Shown piece by piece: positions 31,083 to 41,273 of a stretch of DNA of 64,000 nt; position 1 is the first letter of the stretch, and the number at the start of each line of letters is the position of its first letter. A program made the position numbers and the translations under genes. This stretch comes from an uncultured bacterium (GTDB lineage Bacteria > Acidobacteriota > HRBIN11 > JAKEFK01). The notes under the pieces were generated by a model. It saw only the letters and a list, made by a program, of their open reading frames with translations, was not told the DNA's origin and made no database searches. The DNA lies in assembly GCA_963777505.1 (NCBI GenBank), contig CAVZQN010000010.1, positions 38,003 to 102,002 on the forward strand, written 5' to 3'.

Positions 31083-33013
31083 CGTTTGGAAACTTTTATC
31101 TGCAATTCTTGCTTCGCTACTTCTGACAAGAATGTTTCAAGTGGTGCCGTTTCGCCTCGTAAATCGCAAATGATTTCCTGATCCTCAACTTCTGCTTCAT
31201 AAGTACCGTGTGGCTCCGCAAGTAATTGCCAGTCCGAACCATTCATTCGAAGATGTGTAAAACGTACAGGCGCTTTCTCAACGAGACGATGGCCAACTTC
31301 TTCACCAAAAAATCCATATTTGCATTCTACTTTCCAGAAGGAGTATGGCCCCCCAGCAAAATGTTTTCGACCTGGAACCGTCACACGAATTTGAAATTCG
31401 TACCTACGATGACCATTTTCAGTTTTCATTTGTGGAGCCATCAAAAAAGAAAGATGAGTATCGCGTGCACTATCATGTTCAGGGCCTTCGGAAAGAGGAA
31501 ACATGGAAGCAAGCAGCGAAGATGCTTTACCTTCTGGCCGAATGTCTTCCGTAGTTGCCGCTGAGATCGCATATCTAATCCCGTCAAGCATCCTGCCTAT
31601 TTCTGCGCGAGCACCATACCAGTGCTTTAACTTGTCGGAATTCATCGTCCAAAGATCATGAGTTACCGGCTCAGAATAAGCGAGCAATTGTTCACAACGA
31701 TCTTGTTGAGTCACACCTGCCGACATGTATTCCGGGCAACTTTTACCTCCCAACACAACTGCATAAAAATCGGATCCCCCAATTCCAGGACGTCCAATCC
31801 GTTGATACCCGACGACCATTCCAGCTCCACGAATCAATGCTGTTCGATTCACATACTTTGTGAGATCCGTTTCTTCACCTCGCAGAGAAATACACACCGC
31901 GGTAGCTGCTTTACACTTTTCTTCATTTGATGGTCCTTTAGGCACATTGACTTCAACGGATTTCAAATGCAAACCTGTTTTAGGTTTTTCCAAACGTGCA
32001 GCGATATATGCTTTTATAAATGGTGCAAGATAAGGAACATCCAGAACATCTCTGGTTCCAGTTTCCGTATCATTCTCCGTTTCATTTTTTGTGAAGACCT
32101 GCAAACTTCCATCAGTGAGTGCAGGCCAGTAGTAGTCTTCAGCCGCTTCGCGTATCCGTTTCAAAGTTTCTTCCGGATTCATAGAATCTTCATCTGCATC
32201 GGGATCTTCGAAATCAACAATCAGAATCGACGTTCCGGTTTGGCGTTCTGTTCGCACCGGAATTCCAAACAAAGCAGCCCAATCGTCTGCTGTGGAATCT
32301 AAATAAGACCATGTCAAATCACCTTTGCGTGAACCCCAAAATCCTTCACCACGATACGATTGTTTGCCGATGTGATGACCTGGCAATCGAAGATGACCAA
32401 AAAATCGATTGAAATGTGGAACATCAGGAGAATTTTCAAAGATGTAAGGGGTTTGCAATCTTGAATGAAACAAAACAATACGATAGCGCGAATGTTTCCA
32501 TAACACCGTTTTGCCAAGGCCATAAATACCACCCATCGCTTCAGCGGATTTCTGGCTATCCCCTATGTTGCGACATAAACCCAGGAAGCAATGCGGCTTT
32601 GGAAAGCGCTGAACTTCAAGGCTGTGTTCCGGACCGATCAGACCACGCGTGCCATAATCCTCAACGCATAAAATGCGCAACGGAGCGCCGCTTGCCAGCC
32701 ATGCTTGTGGATCGTCAAAGTCGGACTGACGTTCATTCTCTTTTGCATATTGCCTGACAGCCTGAATATGCGGAATAATCTGATCAAACTGCATCGAGTT
32801 TAAGAAGAATTCGCGTGCTGTGTCCCTCAGAACTTTCATGCGAAAAGTCACACGAACTGGATCGGGACCAGAGCGATTATCGAGGGAATTTTGCAAAATC
32901 TCGCGCACAAAAATTTGCAGCGGACTCAGTTCGCCACGAGATTGAACCGTCAACGACGCCGGATCAGTCACGGTTCGCGAATCATTATCAATGAATGTAA
33001 AATGCCATGGCAT
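31079..33013 (-). CDS. GHKL (MORC/MutL/Hsp90-like) ATPase, not a histidine kinase
   Basis: Bergerat motifs FVREILQNSLD, VEDYGTRGL, GGIYGLGK, TGTSI; no HisKA H-box. Confidence 0.78.
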   Translation of the reverse strand: MPWHFTFIDNDSRTVTDPASLTVQSRGELSPLQIFVREILQNSLDNRSGPDPVRVTFRMKVLRDTAREFFLNSMQFDQIIPHIQAVRQYAKENERQSDFDDPQAWLASGAPLRILCVEDYGTRGLIGPEHSLEVQRFPKPHCFLGLCRNIGDSQKSAEAMGGIYGLGKTVLWKHSRYRIVLFHSRLQTPYIFENSPDVPHFNRFFGHLRLPGHHIGKQSYRGEGFWGSRKGDLTWSYLDSTADDWAALFGIPVRTERQTGTSILIVDFEDPDADEDSMNPEETLKRIREAAEDYYWPALTDGSLQVFTKNETENDTETGTRDVLDVPYLAPFIKAYIAARLEKPKTGLHLKSVEVNVPKGPSNEEKCKAATAVCISLRGEETDLTKYVNRTALIRGAGMVVGYQRIGRPGIGGSDFYAVVLGGKSCPEYMSAGVTQQDRCEQLLAYSEPVTHDLWTMNSDKLKHWYGARAEIGRMLDGIRYAISAATTEDIRPEGKASSLLASMFPLSEGPEHDSARDTHLSFLMAPQMKTENGHRRYEFQIRVTVPGRKHFAGGPYSFWKVECKYGFFGEEVGHRLVEKAPVRFTHLRMNGSDWQLLAEPHGTYEAEVEDQEIICDLRGETAPLETFLSEVAKQELQIKVSKR

Positions 33014-33066
33014 CCCTCATATTATAACGAGGTTATTACTGGCTTCAGTAGGTGGGCTGATCTTTG

Positions 33067-33125
33067 TTAACGCCGAGAGCGCCGAGAATGATTTTTTATT
33101 TATTCCTCGGCGAACTCTGCGTTAA
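33067..33125. repeat. Nonamer-armed palindromic element
   Basis: ttaacgccgagagcgccgag ... ctcggcgaactctgcgttaa. Confidence 0.75.
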
Positions 33126-33166
33126 AAAAGCCCCGTACGTTATAATGTTCCACTTCGGAGGAGCAT

Positions 33167-35182
33167 ATGGCGCTGTTTTCACGTTTATTCGGCAAACCGG
33201 ACGATAACACTCGTGTCTACGGAAACGTTAAGTTTCCGCTGGTGCTGAAAGAAACTGCACGTGACCCAGGCTCCTATGCACAATGGGTGAAGAATCATCG
33301 ATGGAATTCAAAAAATGAAGCCTGGTGTTTGAAACAGATTCCGAAATTCAAAACAAATCCCACGATCGGTGTTCTAATGCAATGCACCAATCCACGTCTC
33401 GAATTTCTTCGTGAAAGCCTTGCATCAATCTTTAATCAAGTCTATCCGTTTCATCGCCTCTATATAGTTGATCGTGGTTCAAGTGATAAAGAAGTTCGTG
33501 ACCTTATCCAGGAAATGGAAAAAGATTCCCGTGTCAAAGTTTCATTCCAAAAAAGTTCAGAACGCGACACGGAAGCAATCGCACGAATCATGAAAAAGGC
33601 CGACAGCGAATGGCTGCTGCTAATGGGCGCAGAAGATGTGATTGAACCTTATGCCCTTTTTTACATGGCTGCCTATCTGCAGGATCAAGTTCAAATCGAT
33701 TTCGTTTTTGCGGATTCCGATTTGCTGGATGATAAAGGATTACGATATGCACCGCAGTTCAAACCAATTTGGGCCGTTGGTTCAACATATCCTCTCGGTT
33801 ACTACCAGCATCCTGTAATGATGAGCGCCAGAATTGTTGAAAAAGTGCAGGGATATGAACGTGCTGTCACTTTGATGGAAAAAGGAGAACTTCTTGATGA
33901 GGCTTCGAACCATAGCAGGTATGTGATTCAAGTACCGGGCATCTTGTATCATGCACGCGCTCGCGGACTGAAAAATGAAGAACCACCCAAACCTGTATGG
34001 AATGTTTTGGCAAGTGAAAGCCTGGTTAATAACAACAATGAAATTCAGATCAATACAGATTTGCGTATTGCAGCTCAACCTCCAGCGCCGCTAAAACTTT
34101 TGTGGATTCTTGATTCTCTCGATCTTGAAGATGGCCCAGTCTTACTATTAAGTATCGCCCGATATCTTCATAAGCAAGACAAACATGACATTACGATTGT
34201 TTCTTCAGCGAATGGTCCGCTCAAAAAGTCCTATGAGCAACTGGGAAAAGTTCAAATTGTGGAAACCTTTGAGGCCATTTCTAACCAAATAAAATTGCTT
34301 CATAAAGAGAATACTTTTGATGCTGCTTTCATTGGTTCGTTAAACACGGGCAAATATCCGGAAGTCTTAAACGAACTAAATCTGCCTTCCATCTGGCATT
34401 TGCCCGAAGACACTTCGATTCTTGAATCATTACGAAATCAATTCGATCAACCAGCAACAATCCTGACTCCATCCCTGACACAAGCGCACGGATTCAAAGC
34501 CTTTGATACTCGAGATGTTTTACGTGAATTGCCGCCTGCGGCTGACCTTGCGGAAATTAAAATTTTTAAACAATCGAATGGCCCAAATGATCTTCGAACC
34601 AAATTCGGAATTTCGCGGACAGCAAGCGTTGTATCAATCATAGGTCCAACGATCGAAAGGAAGGGACAAAAGGTTTTTGTGACATCCGCGATTGAACTCC
34701 TAAAACTTCATCCGGAAGCTGAACTCGAATTCTTCATTGTTGGAGAACGTGCGGGTTCATATCTTGATGAAATTAAGGAACAGCTTCAGAAGAGTGGATT
34801 TTCCAAACATTTCCACTTTGTGAAAGAATCAGAATCTCCATCCGAACGCTATCCTTATTATTGGATTTCCGATGTAATCGTTTCGTGTTCAACGCATGAG
34901 GTATTTCCAGTTTCGATAGTTGAAGCCATGGCATTTAAGAAAGCAGTAATCGGAACGCACGTTTTTAGAACTGAGGAAATAATTCAGGATGGCGGAAATG
35001 GATTTTTATTTAATCCAGGCGATTCAAAGGATCTTACCGAAAAACTGGAACCCGTTGTGACCAATCGAGATTTCGCTGAGGCTCTTGGACGCGAAGGCCT
35101 GGAATTGGCCATGGAAAAATATGCCTTGAAGAAAATCGGAACACTCTTCGATCGCTATTTGCGTGAATCGATTGTTTATTAG
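33167..35182 (+). CDS. Glycosyltransferase: degenerate GT2-like N-terminal domain + GT4 (GT-B) domain
   Basis: LRESLASIFNQVY...IVDRGS; ERKGQ and EVFPVSIVEAMA (Ex7E). Confidence 0.85.
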   Translation: MALFSRLFGKPDDNTRVYGNVKFPLVLKETARDPGSYAQWVKNHRWNSKNEAWCLKQIPKFKTNPTIGVLMQCTNPRLEFLRESLASIFNQVYPFHRLYIVDRGSSDKEVRDLIQEMEKDSRVKVSFQKSSERDTEAIARIMKKADSEWLLLMGAEDVIEPYALFYMAAYLQDQVQIDFVFADSDLLDDKGLRYAPQFKPIWAVGSTYPLGYYQHPVMMSARIVEKVQGYERAVTLMEKGELLDEASNHSRYVIQVPGILYHARARGLKNEEPPKPVWNVLASESLVNNNNEIQINTDLRIAAQPPAPLKLLWILDSLDLEDGPVLLLSIARYLHKQDKHDITIVSSANGPLKKSYEQLGKVQIVETFEAISNQIKLLHKENTFDAAFIGSLNTGKYPEVLNELNLPSIWHLPEDTSILESLRNQFDQPATILTPSLTQAHGFKAFDTRDVLRELPPAADLAEIKIFKQSNGPNDLRTKFGISRTASVVSIIGPTIERKGQKVFVTSAIELLKLHPEAELEFFIVGERAGSYLDEIKEQLQKSGFSKHFHFVKESESPSERYPYYWISDVIVSCSTHEVFPVSIVEAMAFKKAVIGTHVFRTEEIIQDGGNGFLFNPGDSKDLTEKLEPVVTNRDFAEALGREGLELAMEKYALKKIGTLFDRYLRESIVY

Positions 35183-35248
35183 TTTTTTTTACCGCAAAGA
35201 CACAGAGTTAGAACGAGCGTGAGATTGCGATCCGAAATGTTGTGGGTT

Positions 35249-35512
35249 CTAGCGGATGCGTATGAATGTCATCCTGCCCTGACAGAGGTAGACTCCCTTC
35301 GAAACCGGAGCTGCGGCATAGTGTCCGTCACGATCCGAATAGACTGTTACGACAACTTTGCCACCAGGGTCCTGAACCTGAATTGTTACGCCGGGCAGCG
35401 GGCTCCCGGAATCATCCCGGATGTGACCAAAAACACCACCTGATGCAGCCTCAAGCAATGACGTGAAGAACAATGTCAGAAGAACGAAAAAGGTATATCT
35501 TGATAAATGCAT
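35249..35512 (-). pseudogene. Truncated exported protein: signal peptide + start of a carboxypeptidase-regulatory-like domain
   Basis: GHIRDDSGSPLPGVTIQV...SDRDGHY...GVY, then loses the pattern and stops. Confidence 0.55.
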
Positions 35513-35559
35513 ACAAAAAAGTATACGTTAACAATTTAACTTTGGATTGTTTGCGGTTT

Positions 35560-35704
35560 GTAACGCCGGCATCGTGCCGGCACAAGGCAGAACTTCAACG
35601 AACATCAACAATCGCGTCACAACAATTAATGGTCCACAGCTTTTTCCGCGTTCATTAGTAAGCGTACCTATTTCTAGCTTTGCCGGCAAGATGCCGGCCG
35701 TTAC
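35560..35704. repeat. REP-like inverted doublet
   Basis: gtaacgccggcatcgtgccggc ... gccggcaagatgccggccgttac. Confidence 0.8.
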
Positions 35705-35806
35705 AAATTGCTAACAACATCATTACTCCAATTTTTGGTTTTACTCTGGTAGAATATGGAGTCTTTTTGAAAATCCCGCCAATTCGACTGATGACGGAGG
35801 TGTAGT

Positions 35807-37837
35807 TTGGAGCAGGAAACAGTCCGTTTGAACGTGGCTCAAAAGCCAAGCTCAGATCTTGAAGAGTTGTGTATCAACACGATCCGCATGCTTGCTGTGG
35901 ATGCTGTTGAAAAAGCGCAATCAGGACATCCAGGAACTCCTATGGAAGCCGCAGCGATGGCTTATGAGTTATGGATGAACATTATGCATTACAATCCTGC
36001 GAATCCTGATTGGCCAAATCGCGATCGCTTTGTATTGTCCGCTGGTCATGCATCGATGTTGTTGTATTCGATGCTTCATTTAACTGGATACGATCTTCCG
36101 CTGGAACAAATTCAATTATTCCGTCAACTTGGTTCAATGACAGCAGGACATCCTGAATATGGCCACGCTCCTGGAATTGAAACGACTACAGGCCCTCTGG
36201 GTCAAGGATTTGTTACAGGTGTCGGGATGGCTGTCGCAGAGCGCTATCTTGCAAGTTATTTTAATCGTCCCGGTCACAAGATCGTAGACTATTCCATCTA
36301 CGGATATTGCAGCGATGGCGACATGATGGAAGGCGTTTCCTCTGAAGCTGCTTCACTCGCCGGACACCTGAAATTGAACAAGCTTATCTATATTTATGGT
36401 GATAACCAGATCACCATTGATGGTGAGACAAATCTTACTTTTTCTGAATCTGTTGGTGCGCGATTTGAGGCTTATGATTGGTTTGTTCAACACATTGATG
36501 GAAACGACCGAGCTTCTTTTACTGATGCAATTCAAAAAGCACAAAGCCAATCTGATCGACCCTCTTTGATTATTGCTAAAACCCATATCGGCTATGGATC
36601 TCCCAAACAAGATCAAGCGGCAGCACATGGCTCACCATTGGGCGCAGAAGCAGTAAAGAAAACGAAAGAACATTTTAATTGGCCGCTGGAACCTACTTTT
36701 TACATTCCTGAAGATGCGTTGCGTTATTTTCGACAGGCAGTAGAAAAAGGAAGACGCGCCGAAGAAGATTGGAATCGCCGATTCGATGCGTATGCAAAAG
36801 AATATCCGGAACTTGCAGAAACATGGAGCAAATGGCTGAAAGCTGAATTGCCTGAAGGTTGGGAGAAATCAATTCCAGATTTGAGCGGAGAAAAAGGGCT
36901 TGCAACCCGGCAGGCTTCCGGGAAAGCAGTGAACGCCCTCGCGAATGTTTTGCCCAATTTGATTGGAGGAGCCGCAGATCTCGCAGAATCAACAAGTTTA
37001 ATACTCAAAGATAAAGGAAGTTTTCAGCTCAGACCGGACGGACGCAACATTCACTTTGGAATCCGCGAACATTGTATGGGTGGAATTCTGAATGGAATTG
37101 CGCTTAGCCGAATGTTGATTCCAGTTGGTGGAACCTTCTTTGTGTTTTCGGATTATATGCGCCCTTCCATCCGAATTGCTTCCTTAATGAAGGCACACAC
37201 AATTTATGTTTTCACCCATGACAGCATTGGTTTGGGTGAAGATGGACCGACCCATCAGCCGATTGAACATCTTGCTTCACTTCGAGCGATGCCGGGATTG
37301 ACTCTAATTCGGCCCGCTGATGCGACTGAAACCACAGTCGCATGGGAACTCGCAGTCTCACGCAATCAAGGTCCAGTTGCATTGATACTGACTCGTCAAA
37401 AATTACCCGTAATTGATCGTACAAAGTTTGCATCGGTAGATGGTGTTCGCAAAGGCGGATATGTTCTTGCAGATTCAAAACAGGGCGATCCGCAATTGAT
37501 CTTGATGGCAACCGGCTCGGAAGTCACAGTTGCGCTTCAAGCATATGAAATACTTTCCAATGAAGGAATTGCTGTGCGCATTGTAAGTCTTCCTTCCTGG
37601 GAAATTTTTGAAGAACAAACGCCGGAGTACCGCGAATCGGTGATTCCGAAAAATGTGCCAGCAAGACTAGCCATTGAAGCTGCAGCAACTTTTGGATGGA
37701 AGCAATATGTTGGGGACCATGGCGATGTTATCGGAATGACAACCTACGGAGCTTCAGCTCCCCTTGAAGCAGTAATGAAACATTTTGGTTTTACTGCAGA
37801 CAACGTGGTTGCACGCGCAAAGGCACTCTTGAAGTAA
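35807..37837 (+). CDS. tkt: Transketolase
   Basis: SGHPG, DRFVLSAGH, TTGPLGQG, DGDMMEG, HFGIREH, THDSIGLGEDGPTHQP. Confidence 0.97.
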   Translation: MEQETVRLNVAQKPSSDLEELCINTIRMLAVDAVEKAQSGHPGTPMEAAAMAYELWMNIMHYNPANPDWPNRDRFVLSAGHASMLLYSMLHLTGYDLPLEQIQLFRQLGSMTAGHPEYGHAPGIETTTGPLGQGFVTGVGMAVAERYLASYFNRPGHKIVDYSIYGYCSDGDMMEGVSSEAASLAGHLKLNKLIYIYGDNQITIDGETNLTFSESVGARFEAYDWFVQHIDGNDRASFTDAIQKAQSQSDRPSLIIAKTHIGYGSPKQDQAAAHGSPLGAEAVKKTKEHFNWPLEPTFYIPEDALRYFRQAVEKGRRAEEDWNRRFDAYAKEYPELAETWSKWLKAELPEGWEKSIPDLSGEKGLATRQASGKAVNALANVLPNLIGGAADLAESTSLILKDKGSFQLRPDGRNIHFGIREHCMGGILNGIALSRMLIPVGGTFFVFSDYMRPSIRIASLMKAHTIYVFTHDSIGLGEDGPTHQPIEHLASLRAMPGLTLIRPADATETTVAWELAVSRNQGPVALILTRQKLPVIDRTKFASVDGVRKGGYVLADSKQGDPQLILMATGSEVTVALQAYEILSNEGIAVRIVSLPSWEIFEEQTPEYRESVIPKNVPARLAIEAAATFGWKQYVGDHGDVIGMTTYGASAPLEAVMKHFGFTADNVVARAKALLK

Positions 37838-37885
37838 GTTCTGCCACTATAAACACCAGGTCACAAATAATTAATAGTTGTCTAC

Positions 37886-40176
37886 ATGCCTCTTCTTGAA
37901 GGATCTAAAGTCGGTGTTTACGAAATTCTCTCCCTGATCGGAAAGGGTGGAATGGGAGAAGTATATCGAGCGTTGGATCCACGCCTCGATCGTGAAGTTG
38001 CTGTTAAGGTCCTTTCCGAATCACAGTTGCAAGAAGAACAATCATTTCTGCGTTTTGAGCAAGAGGCAAAAACGCTCGCTTCATTATCACATCCGAATAT
38101 CTTGACGATTCACGATATCGTTACCGAGCAAGGCAGCATGTTCATTGTGATGGAATTCCTAAAAGGAGAATCACTGCGAGATCGTCTGAAACAAGGAGCG
38201 ATCCCCTGGAAAGAATCTTTAGCAGATCGGGATCGCTATTGTAGAAGGTTTGGCTGCGGCACACTCAAGGGGAATTATCCATCGCGATCTTAAACCCGAA
38301 AACATATTTCTTACTCAAGACAATCTGATTAAAATTCTTGATTTCGGTTTAGCTCGTGTAGAAAGCAAATCCATTCCAATGGCGGAATCATGGATGGATA
38401 CTTCACCTGCATTGAGCAAACCAGGGATGATCATGGGGACATTGCGAAGTATGTCTCCAGAACAATTGCGCGGGCAGACAGTTGATGTCCGAAGCGATAT
38501 TTATTCTTTTGGATGCATTCTCTATGAAATGGTTTCCGGAAAACTTGTATTTGATAAAAATGATGCTGCGGAGTTAACTGCATCCATTCTGCGTGATCAG
38601 CCCAGCGCAATCGACACCCAAACGGCCCCTCAAGAATTGATCAATTTGATTTTCCACTGCCTGGAAAAGGATCCATCACATCGCTTCGCTTCGGCGCACG
38701 AACTCGCTGAAGAGCTGCGATCGGTTGCATTCCCGTGCGGCTGCTTCTAAATCCATTTTGCCTCGCTCAAGTACTAAGAGCCGCATCAAGTCTGTTGCCA
38801 TTCTTCCAATTCTTAATGCAGGCGGGGATTTGGAAGAGGAATACCTTATGGATGGAATTACAGAGAGCATTATTAACAGCCTCTCTCAACTGCCAAGATT
38901 CAAAGTTACAGCAAGAAGCACTGCATTCCGTTACAAGGGAAAAGATGTTGATCCGCGGGAAATTGGCCGCGCACTTGGGGTGCAAACATTGATGACCGGC
39001 CGAGGCGTACGTCGCGGTGAACGATTAGATATACAAACGGAACTCGTAAACACAGAAGACGGCACACAGCTTTGGGGGCAGCATTTTAGCAGAGATCTTT
39101 CCGATGTCTTTTCGGTGCAAGAAGAAATTGCCGGACTTATTTCATCAGCATTGCAGCGCAAATTGACAGGAGCCGAAAAGAAACTGCTCAGTAAACGGTA
39201 CACAAAAAATGTTGAAGCGTATCAGCTTTATCTTAAAGGCCGCTACTATTGGAATAGAAGACGAGCTGAAGATTTTGAGAAGGCGATCTCATTTTTTGAG
39301 CATGCTATCGAGATAGATCCAACGTATGCTCTTGCGTACTCCGGAATTGCCGATTGTTATAACTTTCTTGGTTGGGATGCATATGGGCTTTCAGATCCAA
39401 AAATCACATTTCCACGTGCAATCGCTGCGGCAACCAAAGCTTTAGAAATAGATAAAACATTAGCTGAAGCATATACCTCTCTTGCCTGGGCAAAATGGTG
39501 TTTTAATCATGACTGGGATGGTGCCGAAAAGGATTACCGGCGCGCAATTAAACTGAATCCCGGCTACTCCACCGCACGAAACTGGTACTCCGATCTACTC
39601 GCAGGATGTGGACGATTTGAAGAGGCTCTTGAACAAATCAAAATCGCGCAAAATCTGGATCCTCTCGCTCCAATCGTTTATGCAGTTCATGGATTGATCT
39701 TGTATTTCATGCGGAATTATTCAGCCGGCTACTATGAAGCCGCAAAAGCACTTGAACTTCAACCCGACTTCGTCGCAGGACTCGTAGTTACTGGACGATG
39801 CCTCGTGCTGGATGAGAAATTTTCTGAAGCGATTGCAGTTTTGGAAAATGCCGTGGAGGTTTCAAAGAATCATCCTAGAGCGATGGCATTTCTGGCGCAA
39901 GCTTACGCGTCTTCAGGAAAAATTGAACAAGCAAAAAAGATTTTGGAAGAATTGAAATTTCTTTCAACACAAAAGTATCTTCCAGCATTAATGGATACGG
40001 CTTTGGCTTACGCCGCACTCGGTGAGAAGGAAACGGCTTTTCAATGGCTCGAAAAAGCATACCGGGAGCGCTCAGCGTTATTGATCTGGCTTTATCCGGA
40101 GCCTGTGGCAGATCCATTAAGATCCGACCCACGTTTTGATGATTTGATTAGGCGTATTGGGATTACACCCTCGTGA
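37886..40176 (+). CDS. Ser/Thr protein kinase + TolB-N-like + TPR protein, two +1 frameshifts (~38221, ~38730)
   Basis: GKGGMGEV, VAVK, HRDLKPEN, DFG; SVAILP...DGITESII; TPRs; LRSDPRF. Confidence 0.88.
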
Positions 40177-40185
40177 TTTTAGAGA

Positions 40186-40417
40186 TAGCCCCCGGCGTAA
40201 GCAGGGCGGAAGAATGTTCTATCCGCGATGCGCGATGCGCGATGCGTGATGCGCGATAGTAGCCCCCGGCGAAAGCCGGGGGTTAATATATGCATTTAAT
40301 GATTTAGCCCGCCGAAGGCGGGCGCAAGAGTGTTCACAGTAACTGGTCTTTCGCCCGCTTGAAGCGGGCTAGTTCATTTCTAAATCCTTTTTACCCCCGG
40401 CTCACGCCGGGGGCTAC
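40186..40417. repeat. Composite REP-like palindrome cluster with internal heptamer run (GCGCGAT)n
   Basis: gtagcccccggcgaaagccggggg ... gcccgccgaaggcgggc ... gcccgcttgaagcgggc ... cccccggctcacgccgggggctac; heptamers at 40224-40257. Confidence 0.85.
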
Positions 40418-40425
40418 TTAAGGAG

Positions 40426-41223
40426 TTAAGGAGCTTCAGCTCCCGTTTCAGATGAAGTTCGCAGAATTCGAACCTGAATTCTTCCCGCCATAGCGATGCA
40501 AAAGTAGGAAGCAAAGTAAGGAATATCCAGGTAGCGATAGAGATCCGAATCAATATCGCTCAGCCGCGAAAAAATCAAATCTGCAACCGCGCCGATTGCG
40601 AATCCTACGCAAAGGAAGAGCCAAACTTTAGCAAGGCTTCCTCCACGCAAATTCCAGGAAATCCGAAGCAAAACGGCCGAGACGCCCATCAAAATAACAT
40701 CAAGGGCCGGATAGATGATGAGCAGGAATTTGTAAATAAAGGATTTTTGAGGATCAATCAAGTCAGGCCGGAGCACAGTAACAAAAATCACAGCAAAAAT
40801 GAAAAGAAATAATATGGCTATTGAGATGTAGCTCAATTTGCTGCCTGCAGGCAACCCGGTTGTCAAAAAATTTCGAATCAGAATGATGATTCCGAAAAGG
40901 AAAAATAAATAACCAACAATCCAGAATACATCTGCAATCGTCTGAGATGGAAACTGTCGCAATACAAATTCGTGGTACATGTCGATTAGCTGCGCGATTG
41001 TCCAGCAGAACGCGCCTGCTGTCAGACTGGACCATGCATGATGTGGTGCGTCCCCTGGCTTATAAAGCTGACGCGCCATATTCAGGTTGATGGTCGCCAA
41101 AATGAGACTACCGAGTTGAAGCAAGCAACCGAACCAGCCAATGTTTTCAGAATCGATATAGAAGGTATAAAGAAAGGCGGAAACAATAAGAGCTGCAACA
41201 AAAATTGGAAGTGTCCACTTCAT
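40426..41223 (-). CDS. Polytopic membrane protein resembling a stand-alone sensor TM domain
   Basis: About 8 TM helices; PSQTIADVFWIVGY and YPALD motifs. Confidence 0.65.
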   Translation of the reverse strand: MKWTLPIFVAALIVSAFLYTFYIDSENIGWFGCLLQLGSLILATINLNMARQLYKPGDAPHHAWSSLTAGAFCWTIAQLIDMYHEFVLRQFPSQTIADVFWIVGYLFFLFGIIILIRNFLTTGLPAGSKLSYISIAILFLFIFAVIFVTVLRPDLIDPQKSFIYKFLLIIYPALDVILMGVSAVLLRISWNLRGGSLAKVWLFLCVGFAIGAVADLIFSRLSDIDSDLYRYLDIPYFASYFCIAMAGRIQVRILRTSSETGAEAP

Positions 41224-41273
41224 CTACAGCTTATTTTCCACTAAATTCTTCGGATCAGGAAGCAGCCGGCTCT

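Noticed and set aside
31079-33013. Histidine kinase, HtpG or MutL annotation
   Set aside because: No H-box or sensor domain; lacks the HtpG and MutL family signatures (e.g. GFRGEAL) beyond the shared GHKL motifs
41248-41272. AGGAAGCAGC resembling the SRP RNA domain IV
   Set aside because: Lacks the upstream TCAGGTCCGGAA half and flanking stem; the gap between genes is too short
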